DNA from: Lytechinus pictus
Taxonomy: Eukaryota
Length of the DNA stretch: 60,000 bases
NCBI RefSeq assembly: GCF_037042905.1
Contig: NC_087251.1
Location: forward strand, 4,280,001-4,340,000
Direction of reading: 5' to 3'
Part shown: positions 10,047 to 23,227 of the stretch, in pieces
Numbering within the stretch: the stretch's first letter is position 1
Layout of the letters: each line of letters starts with the position of its first letter
The notes under the pieces: generated by a model
Seen by the model: the letters and a program-made list of their open reading frames with translations, nothing else
Database searches by the model: none
Told to the model about the DNA's origin: nothing
Translations under genes and position numbers: made by a program

Positions 10047-12722
10047 TCCAACACCTCTCACATAAGCTCCGCTCAAGGACAATCTCCGGCAGTTTTCCTG
10101 CCCCATGAGGATTCCTCTGCTCCTGAGTTAAGACATGGTATCCAACTTACATCACAAGACCTGGATGAAGCTATCAAGCACCTAAAGTTGGGCAAGGCTG
10201 CTGGCGAGGACAATGTTTCTCCTGAACACCTGAAGCACCTGGGTGACACAGCTCGTCGTCTTCTACTTGCCCTGTTCAACACCTTCCTACATCATGCCCA
10301 CTGCCCGAAAATCTTCAAGCAAGGCCTCATTCTCCCTCTTCACAAGGGTAAAGGGAAGGATCCACATGACCCAAGGAACTACAGAGGCATTACTCTTACA
10401 TCTGTCCTATGCAAACTTCTAAAACTCTGCCTCAAACCACAACTGATACGTCAGCTCTACATCAGCGACACACCCGATGAACTCCAGTTTGGTTTCAGAA
10501 AGGGATTCTCATGTTCCCTCACATCCATCTCACTTGAGTTGATCATCGAACTGAACACTGCACATAAATTCCCTACATATCTTGCTCTCTTGGATGCAGA
10601 GAAGGCCTTTGACACTGTGTGGCATAGAGGGCTCTTCGAGAAGCTTAAGTCATCTCATCTAGACCCCAGTATTCAAGACATGTTGGAATCAATGTACCAT
10701 GGGATTGAAAGCAAGGTCTTCTGGAAGGGTGCAGCCAGTAACCCAATCCCCATCACCCAAGGCGTACGTCAAGGAGGGGTCCTGTCTCCTTTACTCTACA
10801 CAGCTTTTGTGGACGGTCTGATCAAGGAGCTGCGAGAGAAGAACCTCGGCAGCTCAATAGATGGCCGATTCTCTGGTGTTGTTCTTGCGGATGATGCCAC
10901 ATTCAACTATGCAGGGCTCTGGCACTATAAAATCAACCCTTCCAAAAGTGCAGTGATTGTCTTCAACAACACCAAACATCCCACAAGATCCTCTTGGACA
11001 GTCAATGGAAGTATTGTTGATGTAAAAACCAGTCATCCCCACCTTGGGATCTCAAAATCCAGTTCTCGGTCCGACCCGACAGACAGCATCATCGGAACTG
11101 GCCTTCGAATATTCTACTCCCTGTCTGGCTCTGGGGCATATACTGGCAGCCTCACCCCCATGTTGGTCACACACCTTTGGCGAACCTTCTGTATTCCAAG
11201 GATGCTGCATGGCTCTTCTATTATTACCAAACTCACTAAATCCATGCTACAGAAGCTCGACAAAGCCCAAACGCACCTATTCAAGAGGGTTCTTGGAGTC
11301 CCAATAACAGCTGCAGACGAGATAGTACATCTTCTCACCGACCTCTTGCCTCTCTCCATCCAGATAGATCTCGATAGATTGCTCCTCTTCGGCCAACTCT
11401 CCAATTTGGATCACAACCGTTTTGAATACCGGACATTTCTAGCAGCTCTCGGAGCATGGACTCCAACTATCCAAATCATCCAGGACACGTTGAGAAAGTA
11501 TGACCTTCCTGATCTTCACACCAATATCTCGAAACCATTTCCTTACTCCACCTTTAAGAAACTGGTTAAGTACAAGATATATACTGCCGTCAATAATCTC
11601 GTTGCACAGGGCACTCGTGCAAAGTCTTCTCTCAAGTTCTGGATCGATCACATCCCACCCTCCACCAATCTCCTTTATCCGAAGACCACACATTCGCCTG
11701 TCATCCGATATATGCGCTCATTGTCAGAGCCCAATTACTTTCGTCCACGTACCCAACTCAATGTCGCCTCTACACATTAGGAAAGTCCTCCACCCGTATT
11801 TGCCCTCTTTGTGACTCTTAATGATGAGACAGTAGAACACTTTGTCGGATCATGCTCCTCTCTTGGTCACCTCCGCCAAGACTTCATATGCAGAGTCGAG
11901 GAGTGTCTCACCGACCACCCAGATTACATGGACTTGTATACAGTTGAGTTGTTGATCCACACCAATTTTCCTGTGCTACCCTATAACCCATCAACCTGGT
12001 CTCCCTTCCGAAGTGAATAATAGTCTGCTCCTCAAATCTCTCTTTTTTCTACATAAAATTCATGACCACCGCTCCAACCTGATGTTGAATCCCTAACTTA
12101 TCGGACTGGAATTGATATACTTGTTTCTGAGAATCTCCAAAACAGTGGAGGGATCACCTAAGAGTAAGAGAGAGAGAGATTTAGGGCTAGATCTTTTAGA
12201 AGTAGAAATCTCGGAGGCGAAAGTTTCAGGTTTTTCAACGGTACGTGGAGATGAATGGGAAGGAATACCTGGCTTTGTTGAGAGTAAGCATATGTTAGTA
12301 AATGATTTTTACTCTCTAGAAGCCTCCTGGCTAAGTGGGCCTTCGTTCAAGATAATCATTTAAAAAAAATTAAAATCTAACAACTTAGACAAAACCCAGT
12401 CATGCCAGTCGCCCGAATTGGATTACACATGCAGGCTTGCACTAACAACACACTAACGTCGGTGAATGGGGATGATTGATAGTAAAATGTCAGGCCGCCA
12501 AATGACAGAAATTGTAAAATAAATCCCCAGAAACGACGGTTATTCCTGTCTAATGTTTGACTAGCATTAATACACGGACGGCTCCTGCTCCTGGCCTGGG
12601 CTCCGGCCCGCTCGCCTTCGGCTTCGCGGGCCGGAGCACCCTGGCATGCCTGGGTTAAGTTTAGAATTAGATCAGGGAAATTATTAATATTACTTGGGCT
12701 TGTATTGCAAGGATGAACTTAC

Positions 12723-12764
12723 CTTGAATGCGGTATAAGCTGAAATCCTCTTCCCATCTTCCAT
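12723..12764 (-). CDS. Putative first coding exon (MEDGKRISAYTAFK) of an unidentified gene divergent from CRYZ
   Basis: GCCAAAATGG start context, 14 codons, then a consensus AAG|GTAAGT donor; next to a CpG-richer region. No homolog recognised. Confidence 0.4.
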
Positions 12765-14681
12765 TTTGGCTTTAGTTTAGCAGTAGCACTTTTACTTTTT
12801 AGGCAGTAGGTAACTTTTAGTTTTAGTGAGTGGGCCGCGACGTAGACTGTGCATATGTGGGCATGTTCAGTACAGTGGATATAGCGCTAGTCGCAGTGCA
12901 TGTATGCTAGCTCGAAGCACACGTGGTACCGGTATGTATACCGTACGTAAACCACAGTCTGGGAAATTTATTGTTCTAGATAAAATTGTTCTTCCTGACA
13001 ATTTTTATCCGCTAATTTCATCTAAAATACCGGTCAATATCAGAAATAGATTATCGAATTCGTGTATATGTAAGTGTATGTAAAATTAATGACCAATTAC
13101 TTATAAAAACAATTTGAGTAGAAAATGATTGGAAAAAATAATATTTTTTAATGACTGGTTTAAAGAATATACATAAAGCCAAAGTGAGAAAAAACAACAA
13201 AAAAAGTAGAAAAGGGAAATCCCCATCCGACTTCAGTGAGTACGGTACACAACCAAGTTAGGTTTGAGATTTTTAAAGTTCAGATCATCTTAAGACTCTT
13301 TCCGGATTTCAGAAGTAAGTACCTTCTTCTTCTGTTGACTTCCTCTAGTCCTGGAGAACTGCGGGATCCAGTGGATACGCAGAAAAAGTGATTTGTTTAA
13401 AATGTAGGCCTATACTATAGAAACAGAGACTCTCAGGAGCTAGGACAGGAGCCCGGACTTTGAAGGGCCGGAGGAGGGAAGTGTATCACAAGACTGCCTA
13501 GTTGTTGTTCACCAACAGAGAACGTTTGACATGAAGTTCATGCAAGATATTAGATAATGAAGTTGCATGGGGAGTTGAAGCAATACTAGTTGCATTTGCC
13601 ATTAGTGTCCAATCCAAGAAGTACAACATTAGAATACATGCCGCGAATTGTGACATGGGATTGGGAGTTATGGCAAGATCATGTTGGAGATGGGAAGGAA
13701 GGTTCGCGAGGAACTGGGCGGTAGCCAGGTTGTCGTCGTGTGGCTTTGCCTTTGCTCAACCCCAACCCTGGAACATAAACAAACGTTGCACACCTCAGTC
13801 ATGTCAGTCCTCACGTTCGGCGAGGAGCGATATGCGCACTGCGGTTAAGTTCTTGCTGGTGAGAGGGGGTAGGGATCTGTGTTGACGCCGTTGTTGATTT
13901 CCAAATACTAGATTTAGACAAGAATAACCATTTTTTTTATGGGGGGGGAAGGCTATTAACAATTTCCTACATTTTACTGTTATCCCCAGACACATGGCCA
14001 ACATATAATTCGTAAATCAGCAGAACAACCACAAAATTGTACAGAGCCATTCTTTAATTTAATCTTACTAACAAAAGAAAATTAGGTTTCCAATACAGCA
14101 ACGACAACGTCTTGTGTGTTTTTTCATTTGCTTGTTTTGCGAGCTAGAAGGCATGCATGTCCACACACAGCCAGATCAGACTTTGAACTTATGAGTCCCG
14201 AAATGAGTTTACTTTAGTTAGCTTAGTCTCTTGACTTTGACTTGACTCAGACTTGACTGTTGCCTCCTCGACGACCTAGGTAGCTTCTGACTCTCTAAGC
14301 AATATTAATCAGGGAGTTGGGAGTAGAATAAAGTGTAAAGAAATATATCTGCTAGAAACTTGAAGTGGTCTTGAAGGAGGCGGATCAACCCAGAAAAAAA
14401 AGGTAGAAGTAGAAGAAGAACAGTGAAGAAAGATTTGAAAGTTAGATACATGAACATATGCATTTAGTGTAGATGTGACTTACATGGAGATTTTACATAA
14501 TGTTTTCCTGGACTACATGTAATGAGAATCAGTCACAATAAATATGAGATAATACAAGAATTCGGCTAGCTTACTTCATTGTACTAGATCTAGACTAATA
14601 CAAATTTAGGCTAGCTGTGTTTATGAAAGTCTATATTTCTACTTTTATAATCATTAGCTTCTCTCTATTTTTTTCTGTAGC

Positions 14682-17600
14682 ATGAGTGGTGGAAGAGCAG
14701 CAGCAAGTGTCATGAGGGCAATTAGAGTAAGCAAATTTGGTGCACCAGAGGTTATGAAGGTGGAAGGTGGATTAGCGATTCCTGAGCCAAAATCTAGCCA
14801 GGTGTGTATTACAGAATCAGAATTGTTTCATTTGTATAAAATTGTAATGTGATATTTTCACTTTGGCATTTTTACTGCCCATCATCATTATCATGCGGTT
14901 TAGTTACCCATATTAAAATTATGTCCTTATCTCATCACCATCTAAAAGATGAACAAATTGAAGGCCTGCTCGCGCTCGATGGATGCATGTTTAAGGAGAT
15001 TCCGACCCAAATGAAAAAGCAGAGGAACAGGTTGAAAGTTTGGACAAATGATAAATGTGGGCCCCATCTTACAAAGAGTTATGATTGATGCGATCAATTG
15101 CAACTATGGACGGCCATCGTCATCATCCATTATGCATGTTTCTTCAAAATATTTTCTAGCTGTGATGTATATTCATTGTTTTCTTGAAAATTCACTTCGC
15201 TTCTCTTTGCATACAAAGGACATTGCGCAAATTTTCGTGGAAGAGAATTATGACACTGATGGATTTCCATAGAGTTACGATTGATCGGATCAATCGTAAC
15301 TCTTTGTAAGACGGGGCCCTGTTATAAAATACTATAACTTGTATTTTCTAATTGACCATGAATGTTATAATCTTTTAGTGAAATTGTAAATTTGATATTT
15401 TCGTCTCATTTTTCAGATGGTAAAAAATTTCATTTTTTGTCTGATTTCTTTCACTCTTTGACCCTTCAATTTGTATCCTTTTTTACACTTGTCATTTAAT
15501 ACCAAGGTTGTATTCCGCTTCAAGCTGAATCAAAAGTACTCAGTATTGCATGTTTCAGTGAAAAAATACTGCAAACTTGAATTTTAAACAAATGGAAGCT
15601 CCCATTACAACTCGACCAACATTGAACATTTAGAAGATATTTATATGCAGTCATGTCCACACACAATTATTATGTTCCATAATCCAGTCCAGTGGATGAA
15701 AGATGTCTGTATATCTGTTAATACAGGGAACAATTTTTTCTGGTATCGCATCGTGATTTGTGCCACAGTGTTTTATTACTGCTTCACCCAATTTCTTTTG
15801 TGTAGCAATTATATTACATTGGACTATAAAGGCCTACAGAACATTATTGAAAGCGTTTCCCTTGCAACCAGAAATGCTAAGTACACTTATTCTTTGTATT
15901 ATATAGTTATTATTGTGAACATTATACCATTTATGACTGTAATCATCATGATACCACCACCACCAACACCAACACCACCATTATCATCATCATCATTATA
16001 ATCATTATCATCATCATTATAATCATCATCATTTTTATCACCCTATAGTATCATAACCGGCAGCATATTGACAATGATAATTTCTGTTGCTGCTCATTCA
16101 GCCTACACACCAAGGAATGATAATTTTTTTTGTCTTTCTCAGGTGTTGATAAAGGTTGGTGCAGCAGGGATTAACCCGGTGGATACCTATATTAGATCTG
16201 GTAATAGAGCAACCTTACCTCCTCTCCCATACACCCCTGGAGCAGACGCAGCAGGAACAGTGGAAGGAATAGGACCCAATGTCAAAAAATATAAAGTAAG
16301 ATGGACACATTTAATATACCTTATGCAGGGTGCTACATAACTTTTTAGAAGTGCTTGCCTGGTTGGGCAAGAACATTTTTAAATAGTTTGAATATACTTG
16401 CCCAGAAATTTATTTCACTTGCCCGAAAAAATCCTTGAAAAAAAAAGTTAAACCTCTTCAAAAGAAAGTTTTGCGGTTTTATAAACCATTGACCTTTTTC
16501 TCTCTTTTATATGAACTGATCTACCTTGTTATTGCATTTCTTTTTCCAAAGTGATTTTATCTTGCCTGCCATGACCAAAATTAGGGTCAATCATATCGAC
16601 CCTAATTTTGGTCAGTCTACTGTGAGAATTTTGCTTTTTCCTGTGTGAATTTTGCTTGCCCAATTCAGGCAAGTAGTTTTGGTCTTTACTTCAAAATACT
16701 TGCCCGACTCTAAAATTTACTTTCCCCGGGCAATCGGGCAAGTGCTTTTGTAGCACCCTGCCTTATGTATATGACATCATAATCATGGGGCCCTCCCTCA
16801 GATGATAGAAATTTGTTTAAATAGAGATGTGCCAGCTGCATCCAAGGCAAAGGCTTCATCTTCAAAGATGGCGGCATGATGACATAAAAACATATGTCTG
16901 TGGCTGGGATCAAGGAGATCTTACATTTTTGCGGAAGGGGGGTGGGGATGGTCAGAAGTATAAAAAAAAGCTATGATGTTCTTCTGCCTGAGTAAGATTT
17001 ATGAGAAAGCTCTTGTTTAATCCCAAATTATCATAGGAGCATTTGATGTTTGTGAGGATTTTTACAATTTTGGCAAGTGAACATTATGTGTGGAATTGCC
17101 TAGAATGTGTTGTAACTTTTCCTTTGAACTGTGTGTGTCTGTCATGGTTTGCACATCATAATAATATGACAACCATTCATCGGGAACATTATATCATCTT
17201 GTTTTGATACTGATGATAATAATCAAATACCCTGGTGTAATATTGTATAGTCCTAGTTATGGAAATCCTTTTCTTTTATTTTCATTTTATATTGACTTTA
17301 CAGCCTGGTGATAGGGTTTATGTCTGTAAATCTCCAGGCCTCCCAGGAACCTATGCAGAATATACACTTGCAGAAGAAAAGGATGTTTTTTGTCTTCCTG
17401 CTAATCTTGACTTCAAACAAGGAGCCACATTAGGGATACCATACTTCACTGCTTATCGAGCTCTCTTCCAACAGTAAGATTTAACTTGATGTTTGAAATT
17501 GCCAGATTTAAAAGAATATTTTTATGAAGAAAATGTCTATTGTCTCTTTGCAGCCATAAATGATAATATTAAATAAATTTACAAATTTGAAAATCTACTT

Positions 17601-20600
17601 CCTAATTTTTAAAACATAATGATACTAATCATATTTATTTGTTGAGTAAGAGAGAGAGAAAAAAAATGAAACGGGTATATTCAAGTATATCAATTGAAAA
17701 ATTTTATGCTATTGCTAACAACATTTAAACTTTGAAATTTATACAGAAAATATTATATATGGCTAACTAACATGCAATATCAATTGCATTAGACATAAAA
17801 TATTTGCAATAAATTTTGATATTACACACAGATGCAACACACATCCCAGACATACTGTTCTTATACATGGAGCAAGTGGATCAGTAAGTACATGTAATCC
17901 TTAAAGTTTAAATAAATATTTCTGGTTATTTTGTCATAATTTCTTCCCTATTAGAAATTCCCTTTCCTTTGCTCTCTTCTCATATTTTTAGTAGCCATCC
18001 TTTTTATTTATTTTTCTCTCTACATGGCTCTCTCTCTCTCTTCCAGATTTCTCTTTCTCTATTTCCTGTATACATCTGAACACTTTCTTATATTTCTGCA
18101 TTTGGAATGACTTTTTAAAACTTGGAAAAAAGGTCAAATCATGTTTTCTATAATTTGTGCATAGTCATTCTCCCTGTGTACAAGGTAAAATCTTATTTCC
18201 ACTTTACAAAGTTCAAAGGTCATTTTCTGTTGACTCATATTTTAATGAATGTATTATAATCATATAGATGCCATCGGTACAGAATGAATTTGACCTGATA
18301 GGCAATAAGTGTTTGAAGGGTTATCAGTTTTACAAGTGTCATAAAGAAAGACAAATTGTTGAAGGGGTCGATATGCAGCTAATGACCAGTAAACTCGTGG
18401 AGTATTACTTCAGTAATACAGTATAAATTGGCTGTACTATGAAACCTAATTGATTCGCTATATCTCTGACTCAATGCTAATGCTAGCATAAAAACTTGTG
18501 CTCATTGAAAAGACTAAACTCTAATGTTTAATACGTTTTTAATTGTTCAAAACATATTTCATAATATTTCAATTAATTAATTTCAACCCTAGGCCTTAAG
18601 TTATACCCCAAGAGATTGTAGCCTACAGCTAACTAAAAGGAAATCTCTTCATTCATGTCGTTAAAGTATTATTTTAAGGGTCTCATATATCTCTCCCTTT
18701 TTTGTTGCATGTCTTTCGTTTTATATACCTTTGTTTACATATCATTGTGTGATGTGAATACAATGTGTATCTTATTTAAGGGATTAAGCTTTGACATGTA
18801 TTCCTTAGGCCTTTGCTGGTCTTCACATTCAACAATTGCCATTGTTAATTCTTGCTTTTTGTATTTTACCCATTTGACTCCTAATAGTTAATGTATTTCA
18901 AATAATGATTTACAATGTTATACTTTAGTCTGATTGTAATGATAGGCCCTATGAGCCAATTGATCAGTGTACACCATTTACCATTATTATGGAAAGTTAA
19001 AAGAAACCTAACTGCGCGAATTCATCCAAGATTCTGTTCATCCTTTCAGCTCTCATTTGGAGGGTTGCCACCTTCTAAAAAATAAGTATCAACCTCTACT
19101 TATATATATATCCAACCACAGAAAACACAGTTTAAAAAAAAAAGGTCTTGTTCTTTCTCGATAATTTTCCTACACTAAATCTCTTGCCTTTCTGCCTATT
19201 TCTTTCTCTCTTGATGCATTTAGGTTGGAATAGCTGCTTTACAGTTTTGTCGTCAGTATGGTGTGAAGGCTTTAGGAACAGCTGGCTCGGCTCCCGGTCT
19301 TGAACTAATCAAGAGAGAAGGCGCTCATCAAGTCTTTAATCATAGGGAGGAAGATTACACACAGAAAATCATGGTAATGATCTTGTTTCATTTTCAATTT
19401 GAATGCTTATCACTCCTGAATTATGTACCAGTAGACATTGTTTTCTTATACAGATTTAAATGATGTCTTAATTTTCGGATTTGTGAGATGTGATATGCAA
19501 CTCCATGGGCCTGTTGCATCAAATTTTTGGCATAAAATATACTCTGGCAAACAAAATTATATCCTACATAAATTAAATCCTGTATGCTGATTGGTTTAAA
19601 TAGCATCATGTGACCAAACGCCCACCGAAGAAAATGTGCTATTCCGTGACATCAATGATGGAATAGTCGACTATTCCATCATTGAAGTCACAGATCATGA
19701 TGGCGCAAGCACTAATACGCCTTTCGCGCACTGAGCGCGTAGCTAAGTGCTTCAGGAAAACTAGGTCAGTCAGCGCAGCTGGTTTGGTTCAGATTGAAAA
19801 AAAAGAATGAACTAAGAGTACAAGAACTAGATTATCAAGATTTATTGCTCTAACTTATCAAAGTAGGATATAAAACAAATATACCAGGCCTTTATTTAGA
19901 AAGTATAGAGGGAATTATTCATCCTCGGTTTTACTGGCAAAATCACTATTTTTCCCTCGGGGCTTCGCCCCTCGGGAAAAAATAGTAATGCCAGTCCAAC
20001 CTCGGATGAATAATACCCACTTACTCAAAGCCTGGTATATTTGTATACTACATGTATGCCATTGACAATAAGAGTAAAAACACTCGCAAAAAAAAAATCG
20101 CCAGAGTTTTTCTCTTATGCAACAGGCCCTATGTATTAATTGGCCAAAATACCTTTCACAAAAAATCACAAATATGATCAATTTGTTCCTCAAAACAAGT
20201 TTCTAGTGACAGAGGCAACAATAGTGAAATTTTATCAGTTTGTGATGTATCCTTTTTAAATACATACATTTTTCTGCTTATTGTAGAAGGGGTGCATTGG
20301 ATTATCTGTCAGAGTTTGTTAAAACAAATCTATATTGAGAACAGTCTTCACTACATTACTGGTTTATTAAACAACAATGCAACCTTGTTGTGTCTGATAT
20401 AAACTTGAAAAAAAGAGAGATTACTCAAATTCACTCTTTAATTTGTATTTTTTTCTTACAAGGATGCCACTGATGGTAGAGGAGTGGATGTCATTGTGGA
20501 GATGCTTGCTAATATCAATCTTCAGAAAGACTTAGAGATGTTGGCCCAAGGAGGTTCCATTGCAGTGAGTGCTTAATACTTTCCTACATGCAACATTGAA

Positions 20601-21785
20601 TTGTTTAAAACCTGAAATCTATATTATCCTACACTTCTGTGAATGATATGTAATTAAAACTAAGGAAGCCAGACACCTTCCAGTGTTTTGTAGACAGCTG
20701 TTTGATATTTGAATATCGCTGTCATCATTATGGATGTATTTTCTATGTGATCTAACCATTCATAAAAATTGGGGTCTATGTACTCCCCCTCCCCCTTTTT
20801 TTTTTGGGGGGGGGAAGGGGTCATTGACACTCAGTAGTACACTATGGACTTAAAAATCATCCTCAGAGTACCCTAAACAAGTGTTATGTCATATGAAAAA
20901 TGTACTTTACAAGTTCAAGCTGTTGAAAAGTAAACCTTTTTTTTTCCCCGGTTGTGGCAATTTTGATTTCCTTTTCATTGTACGTTCCTTTTCTCCTTTT
21001 TTCTTTATACTTCTTCTATTTTATTGTCTTATTTTCCAGGATCCTGTGTTATCAGAGTTGTGATTTTAAAAAATGTCTTTAAAAAAAATACACCATATCT
21101 TGTGTGATGCTCTTCCTTAATTCACATGTAAGTTATTAGTGCATGATCATAAAGATATTGGTTTGTTTATTTGTGCAGATTGTTGGTAGCCGTGGAAATA
21201 TTGAGATTTCCCCTCGCTTATTGATGGCCAAAGAGACCACTGTAACGGGAGTAATGTTGATGTTATCATCCCAAGTAAGTAACTTTGTGCGTCATTTCAT
21301 ATCATATTGCAGATATTGATTGATATTGAAATTTGTAATAGTGATTATGCTTTATTAGTAGTAATAATATTCATGGTAATAATATTTATGCTAATAGGCA
21401 TAGATATAATAATGATGGTTATGATAATATCATGATAATAATTATATTAATTATAAAGATACATACAACTAAAATACAGACAATAACAGTGTAATAATTT
21501 TTATTGGTCATTTTTTTTTTTGGGGGGGGGGAAGAAAAAGGAGCCAAATATGTATTCCTTCTTTATGACAAGAAATTATATCATGCAAAACTTAGTAACT
21601 TTCTTTGATGTTTATCATTTTAGGAGGAAAGAGAGAAGCAAACTGCTGCTGTTCATACTGGTATTGAAGGTGGATGGATTAAACCGGTAGTATACCAAGA
21701 GTATTCATTGGATGATGCACCGGCAGCACACCATGAAGTCATTGAAACCAAGTCAGCACAAGGTAGGATCGTCCTGGTGCCATAA
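14682..21785 (+). CDS. CRYZ: Quinone oxidoreductase / zeta-crystallin (MDR family), 334 aa, 8 coding exons
   Basis: join(14682-14801,16143-16295,17304-17473,17832-17883,19224-19373,20463-20564,21179-21274,21624-21785) = 1005 nt; all introns GT-AG and in phase. Peptides [77 protein letters not shown] and VGSRG match vertebrate CRYZ as recalled. Confidence 0.96.
15059..15319. mobile_element. PIF/Harbinger-like MITE in a CRYZ intron
   Basis: Imperfect ~45-bp TIRs beginning GGGCCCCRTCTTACAAAGAGTTAYGATTGAT; 3-bp TSD TGT on both sides. Confidence 0.8.
16326..16760. mobile_element. hAT-like MITE
   Basis: 12-bp TIRs CAGGGTGCTACA/TGTAGCACCCTG; flanking direct repeat CCTTATG (7 bp); repeated subterminal CTTGCC motifs. 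Confidence 0.78.
19507..20129. mobile_element. Harbinger-like MITE with a nested double-hairpin element
   Basis: TIRs GGGCCTGTTGCAT/ATGCAACAGGCCC; flanks CAT/TAT. Confidence 0.6.
19557..20047 (+). mobile_element. Double-inverted-repeat (Crypton-like) non-autonomous element, copy 1
   Basis: TTATATCCTAC (19557) pairs with GTAGGATATAA (19863). Then a long hairpin ACAAATATACCAGGC (19875)...GGGGC-TTC-GCCCC...GCCTGGTATATTTGT (20044). Confidence 0.6.
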
Positions 21786-22414
21786 TCACTCAAACAAAAA
21801 CATCAAACCCATCATTATGTTATTATCATGTTTGTGATTGATTGATTTGAATATGTGGATTAGATGAAATAATGAGATGCTTCAAAGATTGAATTTCTTG
21901 CATTCACTGCCCAAGCTGTTAAGTATTTGTTAGTGGCTACGAATGGCCCCTCTTCAAGAGAACATGCTCTAGGAAAAGGGAATACCTTTTGCGAGGGGAA
22001 GACTAATTAAGCCTTTGAAGAAAAGGAAATATAATGTAGGATTATAAAATGACATTCATGAATGTATGATCTATCATATAATTCAGTAAGATAACAGCTA
22101 ACAATCTGGAAGAATGTAATGATTCACTTACAATCTGTCGAGCATGAGTCAAAATAGCCACTGGTTGACTTTATCCCTTTGAGACAGTTCTGAGTAGAGA
22201 TGTCTCCAATAATCATGAATGATCATTTCATGATATGGTTTTATGCTGCAAGATATGATTCGTATGTAATTCCATGGGCATTATGTGTCATTGTTTGATG
22301 TATGTTTGTGTGACATGGATAATGTTGAATTCATGAATTATGCAGGATACGGGAAATATATGATGTTATATCATACTGGGTTTTTTTTCTTGCTCAAATT
22401 ACAATTAATAAGTA

Positions 22415-22861
22415 TTATAGGACACCTAGAAAAATCCTTGTCATTTGATTGGTTGTTTGATATCAATCATTCAGCCTGTTTTACAATTACGTCATCAACC
22501 GTGCAATTTTGGATCCGTACGATTTTGTCCATTGCACGCACTCACTGAGACTGCAGGCAGCACAATTTGCACCACAAGTTCAAGCACTCGTGTTTTCAGC
22601 GTGCATGATGTATGTACGGGACAATCATTAGACCGAGCTCACACTGCATGAGCATATTTTGCATCGAAATTCATAAATTTCAGATGAAAAAGAATCTACT
22701 TTAGGTGTCATATAAACCAAATAGTTAATGTTATTTTCATTCGTGCAATTGGTGAAAGATGAAATGAATGATCCATTCAACGAGGCGTAAACGGATCTTT
22801 TCATCTTTCACCTCATGAAGTATTCTGTCCATTGCACTCATAAACATTCATTATTTGTATA
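22415..22861 (+). mobile_element. Double-inverted-repeat (Crypton-like) element, copy 2, in the probable CRYZ 3'UTR
   Basis: TTATAGGACACCTA (22415) pairs with TAGGTGTCATATAA (22702); a long imperfect hairpin follows and ends TATTTGTATA. Confidence 0.55.
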
Positions 22862-23227
22862 TTACACTCTCATTCAGTTTCATTTGTTACTAAATCTGTG
22901 ATCTTTCTATATTTAAAAGAAATTTGCAATCAATGAATGATAACATTAAACTGTCAGTTTGAATCACTTTAAGACAGAAATAGAACACGAAAACAGTATA
23001 CATACTCAGTTTACTATAAGCTATATTCAAAGTACATAGAGCTGACTTGTCCATTTTACCTACATAATATATCTTGTATACATATGATAAGCTTGCACAT
23101 ATACATGTAGATCCTAGAGTTCCAATTCAGTCTTGTACATTATTGTGTGAATCCATCAGGATTTAATCATACCCTTGGATATGCTGAAACATCAAATAAT
23201 TTAGTGGAAACAACATGTTTTTATTAA

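Larger units (their letters stand above)
3900..12180 (+). mobile_element. Decayed RTE/RTEX-like non-LTR retrotransposon (RT plus C-terminal CCHC-like motif), split by the Sola2 insertion; outer ends approximate
   Basis: The frame of ORF 4256-4549 joins the frame of ORF 10188-11780 once the insert is removed (FTALSSDGSNTSHISS...AIKHLKLGKAAGED). RT motifs NYRGITLTS, QFGFRKG, LLDAEKAFD, QGVRQGGVLSP and a degenerate LADD. Downstream ICPLC..ETVEHFVGSC. GA-rich tail near 12160-12180. The clade call is tentative. Confidence 0.85.

Noticed and set aside
12723..14000. TYW3 as the divergent neighbour, as in vertebrates
   Set aside because: No TYW3-like peptide (DLSRKGSVD, TTSSCAGR) was found on the minus strand.
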